The notes under the pieces were generated by a model. That model ran no database searches. It saw only the letters and a program-made list of their open reading frames with translations, and was not told where the DNA came from. A DNA stretch of 64,000 nucleotides from Squalus acanthias. Its lineage: Eukaryota. Position numbers and translations under genes: made by a program. The DNA is taken from assembly GCA_030390025.1 (NCBI GenBank), contig CM059425.1, forward strand, positions 177,694,001 through 177,758,000, written 5' to 3'. This document shows, piece by piece, positions 37,190 through 49,460 of this stretch (position 1 is its first letter; every line of letters starts with the position of its first letter).

Positions 37190-39275
37190 TTCTCTACTTA
37201 CTATGGGTGCCATTCTTGCATCTTTCTTCTGGAGGGAGCAAGACTTGGAGGAGGAGCAATAACAGTAGCCTCGGCAACCACCATCGCCAGTACCTGGACC
37301 TCTCACACGACAACAGGTGGGGGTGCAGCGCACAGGAGGCCATACCCAGCACACAAGATCTACAGCCCAAGAGTCACCTTGTTGAACCTATCTGAGGAGC
37401 AGTGTGGGAGGAGGTTGCTGCTCGAGACAGGCTATTGCAGACCTCAGTAACAGGTGGGGACATGCCATGCCAGTGGCCCTCAAAATCACCACAGCCCTAA
37501 TTTTTATGCCACTGGGTCCTTTCAGTCTGCAACAGGGGACATCAACAGCATCTCCCAGGCTGTAGTCCATGGTTACATTAAGCAGGTGACCAACGCACCC
37601 CTTTTCCAGGGCCGAGCAATATATCGCCTTCCGCAATAACTTCGGCAATCAACAGGACAGAACTACTGGGTTTGCAGCAATGGCTGGCTTCCCTCATGTG
37701 CAAGGCATGATTGTCTTGACTCTGTGAGGATGGCTGCTGGGTAACAAGTAATAACTCCTGCAGACCTGTTTGATGACAACCCAGTGGCACTGGCAACGTT
37801 CCCCCTAAGGTGTGTGGACGAGTGGCTGCTCATCGATCGTGAGTTCCCATGCAAGCCGCTCAGAAGCTGTTGTCGCCGGAAAAGGGCTCATGTGCGAAAA
37901 AAATTAGCGGGAATATTGGTCACCACACCATTTCTGAGCAGCACAGATACAATCGAAGCCAGGGCAAAACAACAATCCTTATAGAGTACACGATAGGAAT
38001 GTTCAAGCAGAGGTTAAGGTGTCTGGACTGCTGAGGGGGTTCCCTGCAATATTCCCCAGATAGAGTGCCATGCATCGTCATAGCCTGCTGCATATAACAA
38101 TATTGCATTAATTGGGAGAGGAAGAGCAGCAGCAGTAGTTATCATCACACAAGGAAGACCTGGGGGAAGCAGAGGAAGCAGCAGAGGAAGGAGGGCTACA
38201 TCAGCACCTTGCAGTCAGGGATCAGTTCATACCTTAGCGATTCCACTGAGCTTCTCACACCTTGTCCTGATAACATAGACACAACCCTTGTTACATTCTT
38301 CCCCGTTCCCTTCATTTTTCATTAAAGAACGTTTACACCAGTCAGTGTGGGAACCCTTGAGATGCTCGTGGCCAGTGACTTCTGGGTGCTCTAGCCTGTG
38401 AGGGCCCAGCCACAGACTGCTGTAACTCAGCTGCTGCAGGGTTAGTCTGACCCAGCTGACTTGCTGGTACCATTGGCGGGTATTGGGCGAATGTGCTGAC
38501 ATACTGAGAAAGGCCAGCATATACTGCTTCCATCGTGCCACTGCCATTCACCTGGTCTGGGCCTCACCACTTCCACTGATCTGCGGGTCAGCAGATTGCA
38601 GAAGGTGACTGACTCCTTCAAAGCCCCTAGCCAATCGATCCACCATTCTCTCCATTGTGGAGCCCGGAGTCTGCATGGCAGCCGTTTGAGATTCCAATGT
38701 TCTAGCATGGACTTTTGCTGTGGTGGTCTGACTGCAGGATCCCTGGATATGACCACACTATCCAGGATAGACTGCAGAGTGATGATGCTATGCGTGATGA
38801 CACCACAGAGGCTGGATATGGACTCCTCCACACTCTCAGGCATCGTGGTGAAACTCCTTGTCTTGCCTTCCAATACCTCATAGAGTTGTCTCTCTGAAGC
38901 CACCAATTTCCTTATGGCTGGGCCTGGAAGTCCTCCTCTCTGACATCCTAAGTAGAGCTGGGAGAAGACCTCACCTTCCGTTGAGGATTCTCTTGTGCTG
39001 TTTCTGCCAACAGTAGCTGCTGCTGCCTACTGGTGTTGGGTATTGCACCACATGCAGACCCCTCTAACTTACTATCTAACTCAACAACTGCGCAGGACAA
39101 GTGGGCAGGCTGCCCGATTCTGAAAGCGATTGGGAGGGCAGCCTGTCCTTCAAATGTTATTGAGGCCCGGGAGTTAAAATGGCCCGGGCTGCTCACCAAC
39201 AATGTCATCGAGCTTGGCACCTGCCCCGTCCCGTTGCCCCACCCACACGATTCCCATCCTGACTCAAAATTGGGG
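37190..39275. mobile_element. Decayed Harbinger transposon (transposase on +, second gene remnant on -)
   Basis: ALKITTALNFYATGSFQSATGD, GFPHVQG, IEYTIGMFKQRLRCLD and CIVIACC. Convergent ORF remnant 38442-38906. GC-rich end with AAAATTGGGG near 39270. Confidence 0.8.
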
Positions 39276-39586
39276 TTTATATCTTTCATAATGCATAGTA
39301 GTAATTGGAAAGTCTCGGGGGTCATTTTCTGAATATGCACGGATGGCAGGGATGCTCAGCTTCTGCCACCTTATATCGGAAAATCGCTGGCAGCGCAGCC
39401 ATAATTTTCCAATATGCGCTGGCGTTGGGCAAAGTTCCCCACGTTCCTGTATTTGGTGAACAAACAAGAAAAACAAGTTCCACACTTAAATAATACTGAT
39501 CTCAGGAGTTCTTGTCAAATGGCAGTACCCATCCCACTATGTTCTGAAGCAAGGACAAACAAACTTACATTTCATATAGCGCCTTT

Positions 39587-40468
39587 AGAGTGACTTGGAC
39601 AGGTTGGGTGAATGGGCAAATGTATGGCAGATGAAGTACAATGTGGATAAATGTGAGGTTATCCACTTTGGTGGTAAAAATAGAGAGGCGGACTATTACC
39701 TGAATGGTGGCAGATTAGGGAAAGGGGACGTGCAACGAGACCTGGGCGTCATGGTACATCAGTCACTGAAGGTGGGAATGCAAGTGCAGCAGGCAGTCAA
39801 GAAAGCAAACAGAATGATGGCCTTCATAGTAAGGGGATTTGAGTACAGGAGTAGGGAGGTGATGCTGCAGTTGTACAGGGCCTTGGTGAGGCCACACCTG
39901 GAGTATTGTGCGCAGTTTTGGTCTCCTAACTTAAGGAAGGACATTCTTGCTATTGAGGGAGTGCAGCGAAGGTTCACTAGATTGATTCCTGGGATGGCCG
40001 GACTGACATATCAAGAAAGATTGGGTCAACTGAACTTGTATCCTCTGGAGTTCAGAAGAATGAGGGGGGATCTTATAGAGACATTTAAAATCCTGACTGG
40101 TTTAGACAAATTAGATGCGGGCAGAATGTTCCCAATGGTAGGGAAAACTAGAACCAGGGGTCACAGTCTAAGGATTAAGGGGAAGCCATTTAGGACTGAG
40201 CTGAGGAGGAACTTCTTCACCCAGAGAGTGGTGAATCTATGGAATTCTCTTCCACAGAAGGTTGTTGAGGCCAGTTCGCTAAATATATTCAAAAGGGAGT
40301 TAGATATAACACTCACAACTAAGGGGATCAAGGGGTATGGCGAGAAAGCAGGAATGGGGTACTGAGGTAGCATGTTCAGCCATGAACGCATTGAATGGCG
40401 GTGCAGGCTCGAAGGACCGAATGGTCTACTCCTGTACCTATTTTCTATGTTTCTATGTTTCTATGTTT
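39587..40468 (+). mobile_element. CR1 LINE 3' fragment with open ORF2 C-terminus (39595-40365)
   Basis: DRLGEWANVWQMKYNVDKC...RRMRGDLIE...VNLWNSLP and a (TTTCTATG)n tail. Inserted into an antisense SINE tail. Confidence 0.95.
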
Positions 40469-41096
40469 CACATTGTCACAATTTCCCAAAGCACTTCACG
40501 GCCAGTGAATTACTTTTTGAAGTGTAGTCACTGTTGTTATGTAGACCAATTTGTGCGCAGCGAGGTCTGCCAAACAGCAGAGATAATTGACCAGTTAATC
40601 TGTTTTTGGGGAAGCAGGGTTAGAGGATGGGGGATGATTGAAACAGTGGATGCAGAAGTAAGTCATTTGAAAGTCATAGCTTCTGTCCTTAATTTTATGT
40701 AATTTTTAATTTGATATTATTATCTACAACATGCTAAAAATCCTATGTCTGCATGCACTTCTTGTCAACCTTTTCCACTATAAATTTTTATGTCCACATT
40801 TATAACAGAAACTTCCTCTATACATTACTCACGCTGTAATTATACCCTCCCGTACTTAGGAATTTAAGATGTGAAAACTTGACAGGAGGTGCGTACAGAC
40901 ATAAAATTTTTAATATATTGCTAGTCGATCAACAATGGCATTACACACAGGGTCTTAAGAACTAAAGTCTTCAGGCCGAGTGAGGTTAGAGGGCGGAGGC
41001 ATAATTGAAAGCAGGCAGGCAGGTGTGCGACACTGGAGGTCAGAAGGTTCTAGCGGGGTGAGAAAGGGGGAAGATAGACTGGAGTAAGGGCAAGTT

Positions 41097-41423
41097 AGAG
41101 CAGGGTGGTGGGAAGGTAGAGCAGGGTGGTGGGAAGGTAGAGCAGGGTGGTGGGAAGGTCGAGCAGGGTGGTGGGAAGGTCGAGCAGGGTGGTGGGAAGG
41201 TCGAGCAGGGTGGTGGGAAGGTCGAGCAGGGTGGTGGGAAGGTAGAGCAGGGTGGTGGGAAGGTAGAGCAGGGTGGTGGGAAGGTAGAGCAGGGTGGTGG
41301 GAAGGTCGAGCAGGGTGGTGGGAAGGTAGAGCAGGGTGGTGGGAAGGTAGAGCAGGGTGGTGGGAAGGTCGAGCAGGGTGGTGGGAAGGTCGAGCAGGGT
41401 GGTGGGAAGGTAGAGCAGGGTGG
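41097..41423. repeat. 21-bp G-rich minisatellite, about 15.5 copies
   Basis: Unit (A/C)GAGCAGGGTGGTGGGAAGGT with two variants interspersed. Confidence 0.97.
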
Positions 41424-41653
41424 GGGATGGAGGGAAAGTTGAAGTGGGCTGGGAATAGATGTAAGGTAGACCAAGGTTAGAAGCTGAAAGAGAAGGTAGA
41501 GGAGGCTTAGAGGCCGGGGCAAGGGATAAGGCAGAGTAGGGTGGGGAGAAAGAACGGTAGAGCAGGATTAGAGGCTGAAGAGAGAAGGTAGAGAATGCTT
41601 GGAGGATGGGGAGGGGAGAAGGCAAAGCACATTTTAAGGTGGGGAGGGGGTAG

Positions 41654-42564
41654 TGTAGGAAAGGCTGATATTTAAAGATATTTAGTAGACGAGAATCATA
41701 TATGTATAACTTCAAGTGTAGCCATTGACCAAATAATATTACCCATAATTACTCCTGAGTAACTAAAAAGCTAAGACTTGTTCAGAATGCAGCTGCGGAG
41801 ACAGCCAAACGCAGTTTTGACTAAGCTTTGATAACAAGCAGCTACAGGCTGCAAGTGAAGATCAAATCATTAAATTGCTAAAAAAAAACATATTATAACA
41901 CTGAATAGAAGTTAGAATTCGCTTAACAAAACTAATTGCAACAATATTTAAAGGATAATTAGTATAAGGACATAAAATGAGAGAGATCATGGAAGTTAAG
42001 GTATTTATCTGGTAGATTAAAGTGAGATAGTCTGGATACCTCAAGACAAGTGAGACAGCAGAATGATCTGGGCCCTTGGTATAAAGGCCTTGTACCAGGG
42101 AGGCAATGAAAGAGATATGGTCAATTCCAATGGGGTGAAAAGCTATAAACAAGATAACATGACAGCAGAACAGAGTTAGTGGAAATGTACTGGAAAAGGA
42201 GTGGCCAGGTTACTGGACTTAACCTGAGTAACAATGGTATTAAAGAAGGTGATTTTGTTAAAGACCATATATGGACACTGGCCAAACGAACTGTTGATAA
42301 GGAATGGGTTAAAACCTCGATACTCAAAGAACAGCTTCACACAGAGATTTGCTGCGAAGAAAAGGAACAGACTTGCGACGACGTTGCCTGTGTCCGAAGG
42401 GCCCCAGAGACCAAGGGCTGCGAGCTATTCGTTTTACTATCGCCTAATGTTAAGTATTGATTACACTGTAAGCTTAATAAATCTGATCTATTGCTCAAAC
42501 ATACAGGCTGCTGCCTATTTGTGTCTTGTCCAAGAACTCTGAGTGGTCACTTGACTGACTCACA
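41654..42564 (+). mobile_element. Solo LTR, 911 bp
   Basis: TGT...ACA termini, 4-bp TSD GTAG (41650-41653 and 42565-42568), TATAAA near 42080 and 42144, AATAAA near 42476. Confidence 0.75.
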
Positions 42565-42724
42565 GTAGGTACAGCATAGTAAGAGGCTAGAGGAGAGTTA
42601 GCACCCTGGAGGCAATGGTGAAAATAATTGAAGGCCACTGAGGACGACAAAGCAGAGTTGGCACCTGGAGGAAGCAGCCACACTGCTTGAAACACTGATA
42701 TCAGCATTATAAGCCCAGATTGAG

Positions 42725-43032
42725 GGACAAGGCCAGGGGAGGAGAAAAGAGGAGACACAGGGGAGGGATTGAGAGACAGGGAGAGGAAGGAGAAGGGAGA
42801 TGGGAGGACAGAGAGAGGAGGGAGAAGTAACAGAGATGGGGGGACAAAGGGGAGATCCATGAAGCAAGAGGATTGAGAGAGGACAAGGGGAAAGAGGGGA
42901 GAGTGAGTTGAGAGAGAGGTTACATAAGATGGCTAGGGGAGAGAGAGGATAGGAAAGGGAGAGAAGAGAGGGGTAGGAGAAGGGAGGGACCAGAGGGGAG
43001 AGAAGAATGGAGAAAAGAGATGAGAGAGACAA
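42725..43032. repeat. GA-rich low-complexity tract
   Basis: About 300 bp made almost entirely of purines on the + strand. Confidence 0.85.
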
Positions 43033-43034
43033 AG

Positions 43035-43417
43035 AATCTAATCTGATCGAAGTTTTCAAGGTATTATGGGGAACAGATAGGGTAGATAGAGAGAAGCTAC
43101 TTCTGCTGGTTGGGGATTCAAGGACTCGGGGGCATAGTCTAAAAAGTAGAGCCAGACCTTTCAGGAGTGAAATTAGGAAACACTTCTACACACAAAGGGT
43201 GGTAGAAGTGTGGAACTGTCTTACGCAAATGGCAATTGATGCTAGATCAATTGTTAATTTTAAATCTGAGATTGATAGCTTTTTGTTTCCCAAAGGTATT
43301 AAGGGATAGGGGCCAAAGGCAGGTATATGGAGTTCGGTCGCAGATCAGCCATGATCTCATTGAATGGTGGAGCAGGCTCGAGGGGCTGAATGGCCTACTC
43401 CGGTTTCTATGTTTCTA
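43035..43417 (+). mobile_element. CR1 LINE 3' fragment
   Basis: NLIEVFKVL...SRTRGHSLK...FYTQRVVEVWN plus a CR1 3'UTR. Confidence 0.88.
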
Positions 43418-44439
43418 GGATGGGAGGGGGGCCTTGGAAGAAGACACAGTATTAAAAATAAAACTGCTGACATTATTGGAGATTGAAGAGAAAGCAGTTA
43501 GCACTATAAGGCTGAGACCGAGCCCAAGTTCCGTGGATGGGGAAGAGTGGCTTGGTGCCAGAGCACAACAAAAAATGGATAGGAAACTCCAACTTTCCCT
43601 GGGGGTGAGGACAGAGTGACTGGTGCCAGCAAAATTACAGGCTGACCGCAGGCCACAGGCAGGCAGTAAATCAATTAATGAGGGCAGATCAGCTTCCTGA
43701 GAATGGGCCGTGGAGCATCACCATTGCACAGGACCTAAAAGCTCCCCTGTACTCACACTACCCACTATTACACAGAACTCAAACAATACCCTTTATCTCA
43801 CTCAGGAATGCCATCCCTCTCATTTTGACCAGACGGTCTGGTTTTTGAGTGGGTTGTCTCAGCAGTAAGTACAGATCAGGTACTTCAGAGCTCCAGGCAT
43901 GGTCCCAGCCCTAGGTGCGCCAATCTCATTCCTGTACAGTTTTAGACCATTTGAAGCATTCTAGGTGTAAATTGCCTCCCTATCCTTTCAGGTGGGAATA
44001 GTCTGGTATGGGACTTGTAATATATTTGGGTAGAATAAATGAATTCCTAGTTATTGTGCTTATTTTTATTAGGCCAGCGCGAACTGAGCATGCTCATACA
44101 AAACCACGCGATAATACATTACATTACACCCCCTTAAAAAAAAAGTGTTTGTATTCTTTTCTCAAATCTAACAAAACTATGCTCTTATTTTTCTGAGTAT
44201 GTTTGTTTTATCATACTGCATAATTTTGAATGTATATGCACCTTAAAATAATATCAACCAAATATCCAAACCTTCCAGCATTAATATGCCTTAATATATT
44301 TGTTAGCTTTACTTATTCTCTTTTGTTTTTAAACATATAATATAAAGTATATATATAAAGTAAATATCTTTCTTCAATAGTATATGCACCACATAACAAA
44401 GGCTCCTGGCTTTTTTTCTTTTAAATGAACTACAAATCC

Positions 44440-46515
44440 AGTTTAATAACAGTACCTTCCTGATCTCCTTACAGAAGTTTCGGTGTTGAACCAATTTTTG
44501 GACTGTTGTTCTGGTTCCAAACTCAAATATGATCCTGTTTCCAGCTCAGACATGTTTGAACCTGGTACTTCAGTTACTGAAGTCTGAACTGAGTCAAACT
44601 CATGGATGTGTTCATGATCAAGTGGTTCACGATCATGTCTTGGTTCATCTCTACCAGAGATCATTTGATCTACATGAACACTTCAGATTTTGTCACCAAT
44701 TTCAACCAAATATCTCTTGGTTCCACCAACCTCTACTATGGTTCCTACATCCCACATGTGTGAACTTGACTTGCCAGGGGGACTGGGAACATGAGTGTAC
44801 GAATTTTGTTTGAAACTGCATTCTTTCTGATTAGTGTCATAATGACATTTCTGACTCAACTGTTTCTGTTCAACTCTTGAGAGGCCAAATTCGGTTGAAC
44901 AAGAATCTATCGTGTTCTCAATCTCCTCTTCATCAAGAGTTCTGTTGGGGTGAATCCAGTTGTAGTGTGCCGAGTAGTTCTGTACTTCAGCAAGAAATTT
45001 GCTAAACATTGCTTCATGTAACAACACTGCAATAGTTGCTTTTTGAGAGTGCCTTTTACTATTCTGACTGACCTTTCGGCTGCTCCATTTGAAGCTGGAT
45101 GATATGGTGGAACAAGAGTGTGTTTGATACCGTTCCGTTTCATGAATTCTTGGAACAGAGCAGAATGAAACTGAGGACCATTGTCATAAACAAGCTCTTC
45201 AGGTAAGCCATGACATGTAACGATAGACCTCAATTTATCTATGGTACGTTCAGTTGTAGTATTTGAACCCATGTGTTTCACTTCAATCCACTTTGAGTGA
45301 CTATATACAAGTACCAGGAAATAATCATTTGCTTTCTCACAAAAGTCAACATGTACTCTCTGAAAAGGTCTCCTGGCCATGACCAGGGTTTAGTGGGTTG
45401 TAATGGAGTTTTGGGTGGTTTGTTTCTGCAATTTTGGCAAATGGTGCATTTGCTGACAAATAATTTAAGATTACTGTCCAATCCAGGCCAGTAAACAAAG
45501 CTTCTTGCAATTGATTTCATACTGACAATCCCTGGATGTTTAGTATGAAGTTCGGCCAGAATTCTATCTCTCAAAGAAGTAGGTACCACCACTCTGTTTT
45601 CCCATTTGATACAACCTTGCACACAAGACAATTCAGTATGACGGTTATGGAATGGTTACAATTCTGTGTCCATACACTGATCAGTTCATCCATTCAAGGA
45701 GTTTTCATACACACTTTTCAGTACTGAGTCCTTTTGAGTCTCATCTGCAATCTCAGTTGCAATCACAGGAAAGTCTTTGTCAACTACACCTAGCATGAAG
45801 ATCGCACCTTCACTCCCAACACGAGTCCTCATGTGGCAACCTGGACAAGGCATCTGCAATTGCGTTTTGCTTTGAAGTGCGATATTCAATCGTGTAGTCA
45901 TATTGTGACAACAACACTGCCCAACGTTGCATTCTTGATGCGGCCATTGCAGGGATGACAGATTTGGGCCCCAAAGAGCGGTTTGTGATTGGTTATCAGG
46001 GTAAACTTTCTGCCAATCAGGAACTGTTGGAATTTCTTGATTCCAAACACTATGGCGAGTGCTTCCTTTTCAATGTGTGCATAGTTTCTTTTGCTCTTTG
46101 TGAGGGTTCGCGACGCGAACGTGATTGGTTTCTCTTGGTTGGCATCCATTACATGGCATTAGACATCTCCCACACTATAACTGGAAGCATCGCATGCTAA
46201 CTTAAGCTCACGCTCTGTGTCATAGTGCCACAAGTAGAGCATCATTAGAGAGAATTCTCTTACAAGCATCGTAAGCTTCCTGTTGCACTTTTGTCCACTT
46301 CCACTGGACATCCTTCTTGAGGAGCTCATGCAATGGAGCTAACATGGTTGCTAACTCAGGTAAGAAACACGCGTAGTACTGGACCATTCCAAGGAAAGAT
46401 CTTAACTCAGACACGTTCTGTGGCTTTGGAGCATTGATGACAGCATCAACCTTTTCCTTCACTGGTTGCAAGCCATTTGCATCAACTTTCAGACCAAGGG
46501 ACACAATCTCATGTC
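44440..46515 (-). pseudogene. Gypsy pol remnant (RT C-terminus, RNase H, integrase)
   Basis: LRSFLGMVQYY, ACDASS, PITFASRTL, YAHIEKEALAIVFGIKKF, HTKHPGIVSMK...CTICQ, RVHVDF, YDNGPQF and PYHPASNGAAER. Confidence 0.92.
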
Positions 46516-46516
46516 G

Positions 46517-48116
46517 AGATGCAGCCTGACCTACTGAGTATTTCCAGCATTTTATGCTTTTATTTCAGGTTTACAGCATCCGCTCGCAGAGGGAAGTGAA
46601 AGTTGCAGAAGAAGCAGATGCAGAAGCGGAGGAAGCAGAAGGAAGGATGCAACCCAGACAGCCCTTTTCTGGCCACGATATTCTGGATGGAATGATCCGC
46701 CTGCGGTACCAGTGAACACAACCCCAATTTTCCTTTCAACATTTGTCCCACACCTTACCTTCCCTCTGTGCTGACCATCACAGCGTTCTCTTGGCCACAA
46801 TGCTGAAATAAAAGCCACCACAAAGCAACCTTTCCAATCCAACTTTATACCTCTATCCATCCAATATGACATCAAGAAATCAATTCATCACCCTTGTGCA
46901 TTCCCTTAGTAACTGTCTTGTGTGGGCCTTTGCCTATCTTAGTGATGTTATGCAGTGCTACCCCAGTGACCGTAGCATGGCTGATGGAAAGCTGCTGACT
47001 TTCAGTGGGGGACGCTGCAAATAGCCTTGCAGGACACCCTCGAGGAGCTGGTGGCTGGGAGTGTGAAATCGAGTGACGGTTCTTTTCCTTTTTCTTTTTC
47101 TTCTTCACTCTCCTCTCCCTCTTCTTGGTCACCCACTGGCTGGGCAGGCTGCATTTCTTGGGTGTGTGAAATGAGGAAGGCACAAGGATGGAGTTGTGGT
47201 GAGGGGAAAGCAGGAAAGCAAGAGGTGCATGCCAGAAGGAGGTTAACCTATGAGAATACCAGCATCTTGTATCCTTTCAGCCCCGCCACTGGCTAAGGGC
47301 TCAGCCATGCCCCTGCCAAGAATAGCCAGCATTGTCTCCTCCAATTGGGTGAGGTGAAGCTAGGAATGGGTGGTGTGCCTCGTGTTTGGTAGAGCTTGTT
47401 GGTATGTGAATGATTTGGTGGTGGGGGCGGTGGAGTTGTGCATTGCGAAGCGTGTGAGGCTAGTGGTGCAGTTGGTAGGAGACAGTTTTTGAAGGTGCAT
47501 TCATTGACTTTGACTGCTGATAGAGGTCATGAAGCTTCTTTGGGCATTGGAGCCAGGTCATGGGGGTGGCACTACTGGCAGTGATGGCCTCGGTGATGTG
47601 GTCCCACATCCTTCTTTCTGGAGGGCCTCTTGGCCCCTGTGGGTAGAGGACCCCTCTTGCAGTGTTGACCCCCTGCACAAAGCTGGAGTGGTGCATGTGG
47701 GACCCTGGGTGCCCCTTCCCTGGCTTGTTGAGCCATTTGTGTTAGTGCTGAAGCACTTTTCACATTTTTTTAGGTGCAGAAGGCAGTTCAGCTTTAAGAG
47801 CTGAAGACTCCCATTTGGAAATTCTTTTTAATAATTTTTTTCTTCAGAAGGCAGGTGAGCTGCAAGGGCTAAAAACTGCCTATTTTTAAATGATTTTTAT
47901 TTTTTTCATTTTAGATGGCAGTTCCCCTTTAAGGGACTGCACTGCTTTCTAAGAGAAGGCTGTTCTTGCTGCAATGATGCTAAGGCCTTGCACGATAAGT
48001 TTAGCGCTGGGCTAATGTAAATTTACCGGTCCTGCCAGCGCCAACAATTTCAGTAGCCATTAACTCCGACCCACGGTGGTACCGGCAGGTTCTTAGCGAT
48101 CTCCAATTTTTAGGCC
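46517..48116. mobile_element. One-ended Harbinger remnant (Myb/SANT on -) plus a short Penelope pLTR piece, inside the Gypsy
   Basis: ORF 47460-47696 (MWDHITEAITASSATPMTWLQCPKKLHDL). TIR-like CCAATTTTTAGGCC ends at 48116. Penelope-like segment at 46517-46585. Confidence 0.7.
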
Positions 48117-48388
48117 AATGTCTTTAAAGGACACATCCTTCGCTTTCCCAGGCGCAAGTAGGTTTGTCATCATTCTGTAGACATTTAGCCCGATCTCAGT
48201 TAGAAAAAATGCTTTTTCCTTTCAAGAATTGCTTTATTTTGAGCTTGAACATTGTCATCTGCACCTTCTGTCTCAATAATGTAATTGGCCCTAAAAAACA
48301 ACTCCATCCGCTCAATGTAAGAACTGAATGGTTTTCGAGCTCGGTCATACATGCCAAGGCTTCCGATGAATCCCGTAGGCATGGTCAT
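48117..48388 (-). pseudogene. Gypsy gag N-terminal remnant
   Basis: FIGSLGMYD...FSSYIERMELFFRAN, downstream of the PBS. Confidence 0.8.
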
Positions 48389-48927
48389 GATTGTTCCAAT
48401 CCCGTTAAACAGTAACTCAGCATGCTACCTGTGTACGTGTGCTGTTGCTGTGTATACATACACGCGACGGCGAAGCACAGACGACTCTACATGAGCATTA
48501 ACGGTAAAACATCGCAAAAGTGCAGTTTAGGTGTCACAAGTTCACCTTAAACTTGTCCACTTGAAGGTTGAACACTGTGTCCTTCCATGATCCCTAAAAA
48601 TGGCTTTCGGATCCCATCCTCATCGGCAAAATGAAATATATTTGGGTGGAACAAATGAGGGGCAGTGACACAATGAGTTGCTAGACCATGTGCTTATTTT
48701 TATTAGGCCAGCACGAACTGAGAATGCTCATACAAATAATACATTACAAGACTAAGTAGAGCAAAAATAATTGTTATTATAATATGAAGTGCACATCTGA
48801 CACCTACTGGCAGAGAAGATTACAACTGCAACTTCCTTCTGATTCAGAATTTTAGACAATGATCCATTACGTAGCATTGACATCCCGCACCTTGGTTAGC
48901 ACAATAAAACCCTCCAAAAATATAATC

Positions 48928-49190
48928 GGCCGTATTTTGCGACCCCTACGGGTGCGTACGAGGTGCGCACGTGCCTGTAGGGGCCACGCAAGTTCCGGGT
49001 TTAGGCATGCGAAGCGCATGCACTGAAACCTGGCACTTGCGATCTGTCAAGATTCTTGACAGATCCTTCGCATCCCCGGGAGATGGGCCTCTGCGGGTGG
49101 AGAGTTGCGCTATTTGCACAACTTCCACCCGCTGAATGCCTATCAAATGTTTTGCTTCATAAAATTGCTGTTAGCAGTAAGTTGTTTTTC
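48928..49190. mobile_element. Palindrome-rich MITE fragment (Harbinger-like end)
   Basis: Begins GGCCGTATTTTGC, CpG-rich, with internal hairpins resembling 36346-36396. Confidence 0.5.
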
Positions 49191-49321
49191 TATGGTTATA
49201 GAACAGTCGATGGAGTTTCATGATTATGCACAGTAAATAAAGTACTGTTTTATGTTAGAAGTTGGATACTAGAACTGAACTACGACAAACTTTTCCCTAA
49301 AAGGAGGGCACCACTAATAAA

Positions 49322-49460
49322 ATACAAAAGCAAAATACTGCGGATGCTGGAAATCTGAAATAAAAACAGAAAATGCTGGAAATACTCAGCAGGTCAGGCA
49401 ACATCTGTGGAGAGGGAAACAGAGTTAACGTTTCAGGCCGATGACCCTTCGTTAGAACAG
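49322..49460 (-). mobile_element. Penelope family A pLTR fragment with a mutated hammerhead
   Basis: Nearly identical to 54005-54110. Minus-strand core CTAACGA...GAAACGTT. Confidence 0.85.

Larger units (their letters stand above)
44016..48748 (-). mobile_element. Ty3/Gypsy LTR retrotransposon with very short LTRs, decayed and internally rearranged
   Basis: LTRs at 44016-44128 and 48632-48748, 5-bp TSD GGACT/AGACT, PBS-like TTGCCGATGAGGATGGGAT next to the 5' LTR, PPT (AAGGGGG) next to the 3' LTR, and gag, RNase H and integrase remnants. Confidence 0.9.

Noticed and set aside
39318..39430. Further Harbinger-like end (GGGGGTCATTTTCT)
   Set aside because: No convincing partner TIR or TSD found.
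41040..41715. ORFs encoding (PPPCSTF)n and (LPTTLLY)n
   Set aside because: Translation artefacts of a 21-bp minisatellite with no stop codons.
42495..43059. Ser/Leu/Pro-rich ORFs
   Set aside because: Antisense reading of a GA-rich low-complexity tract.
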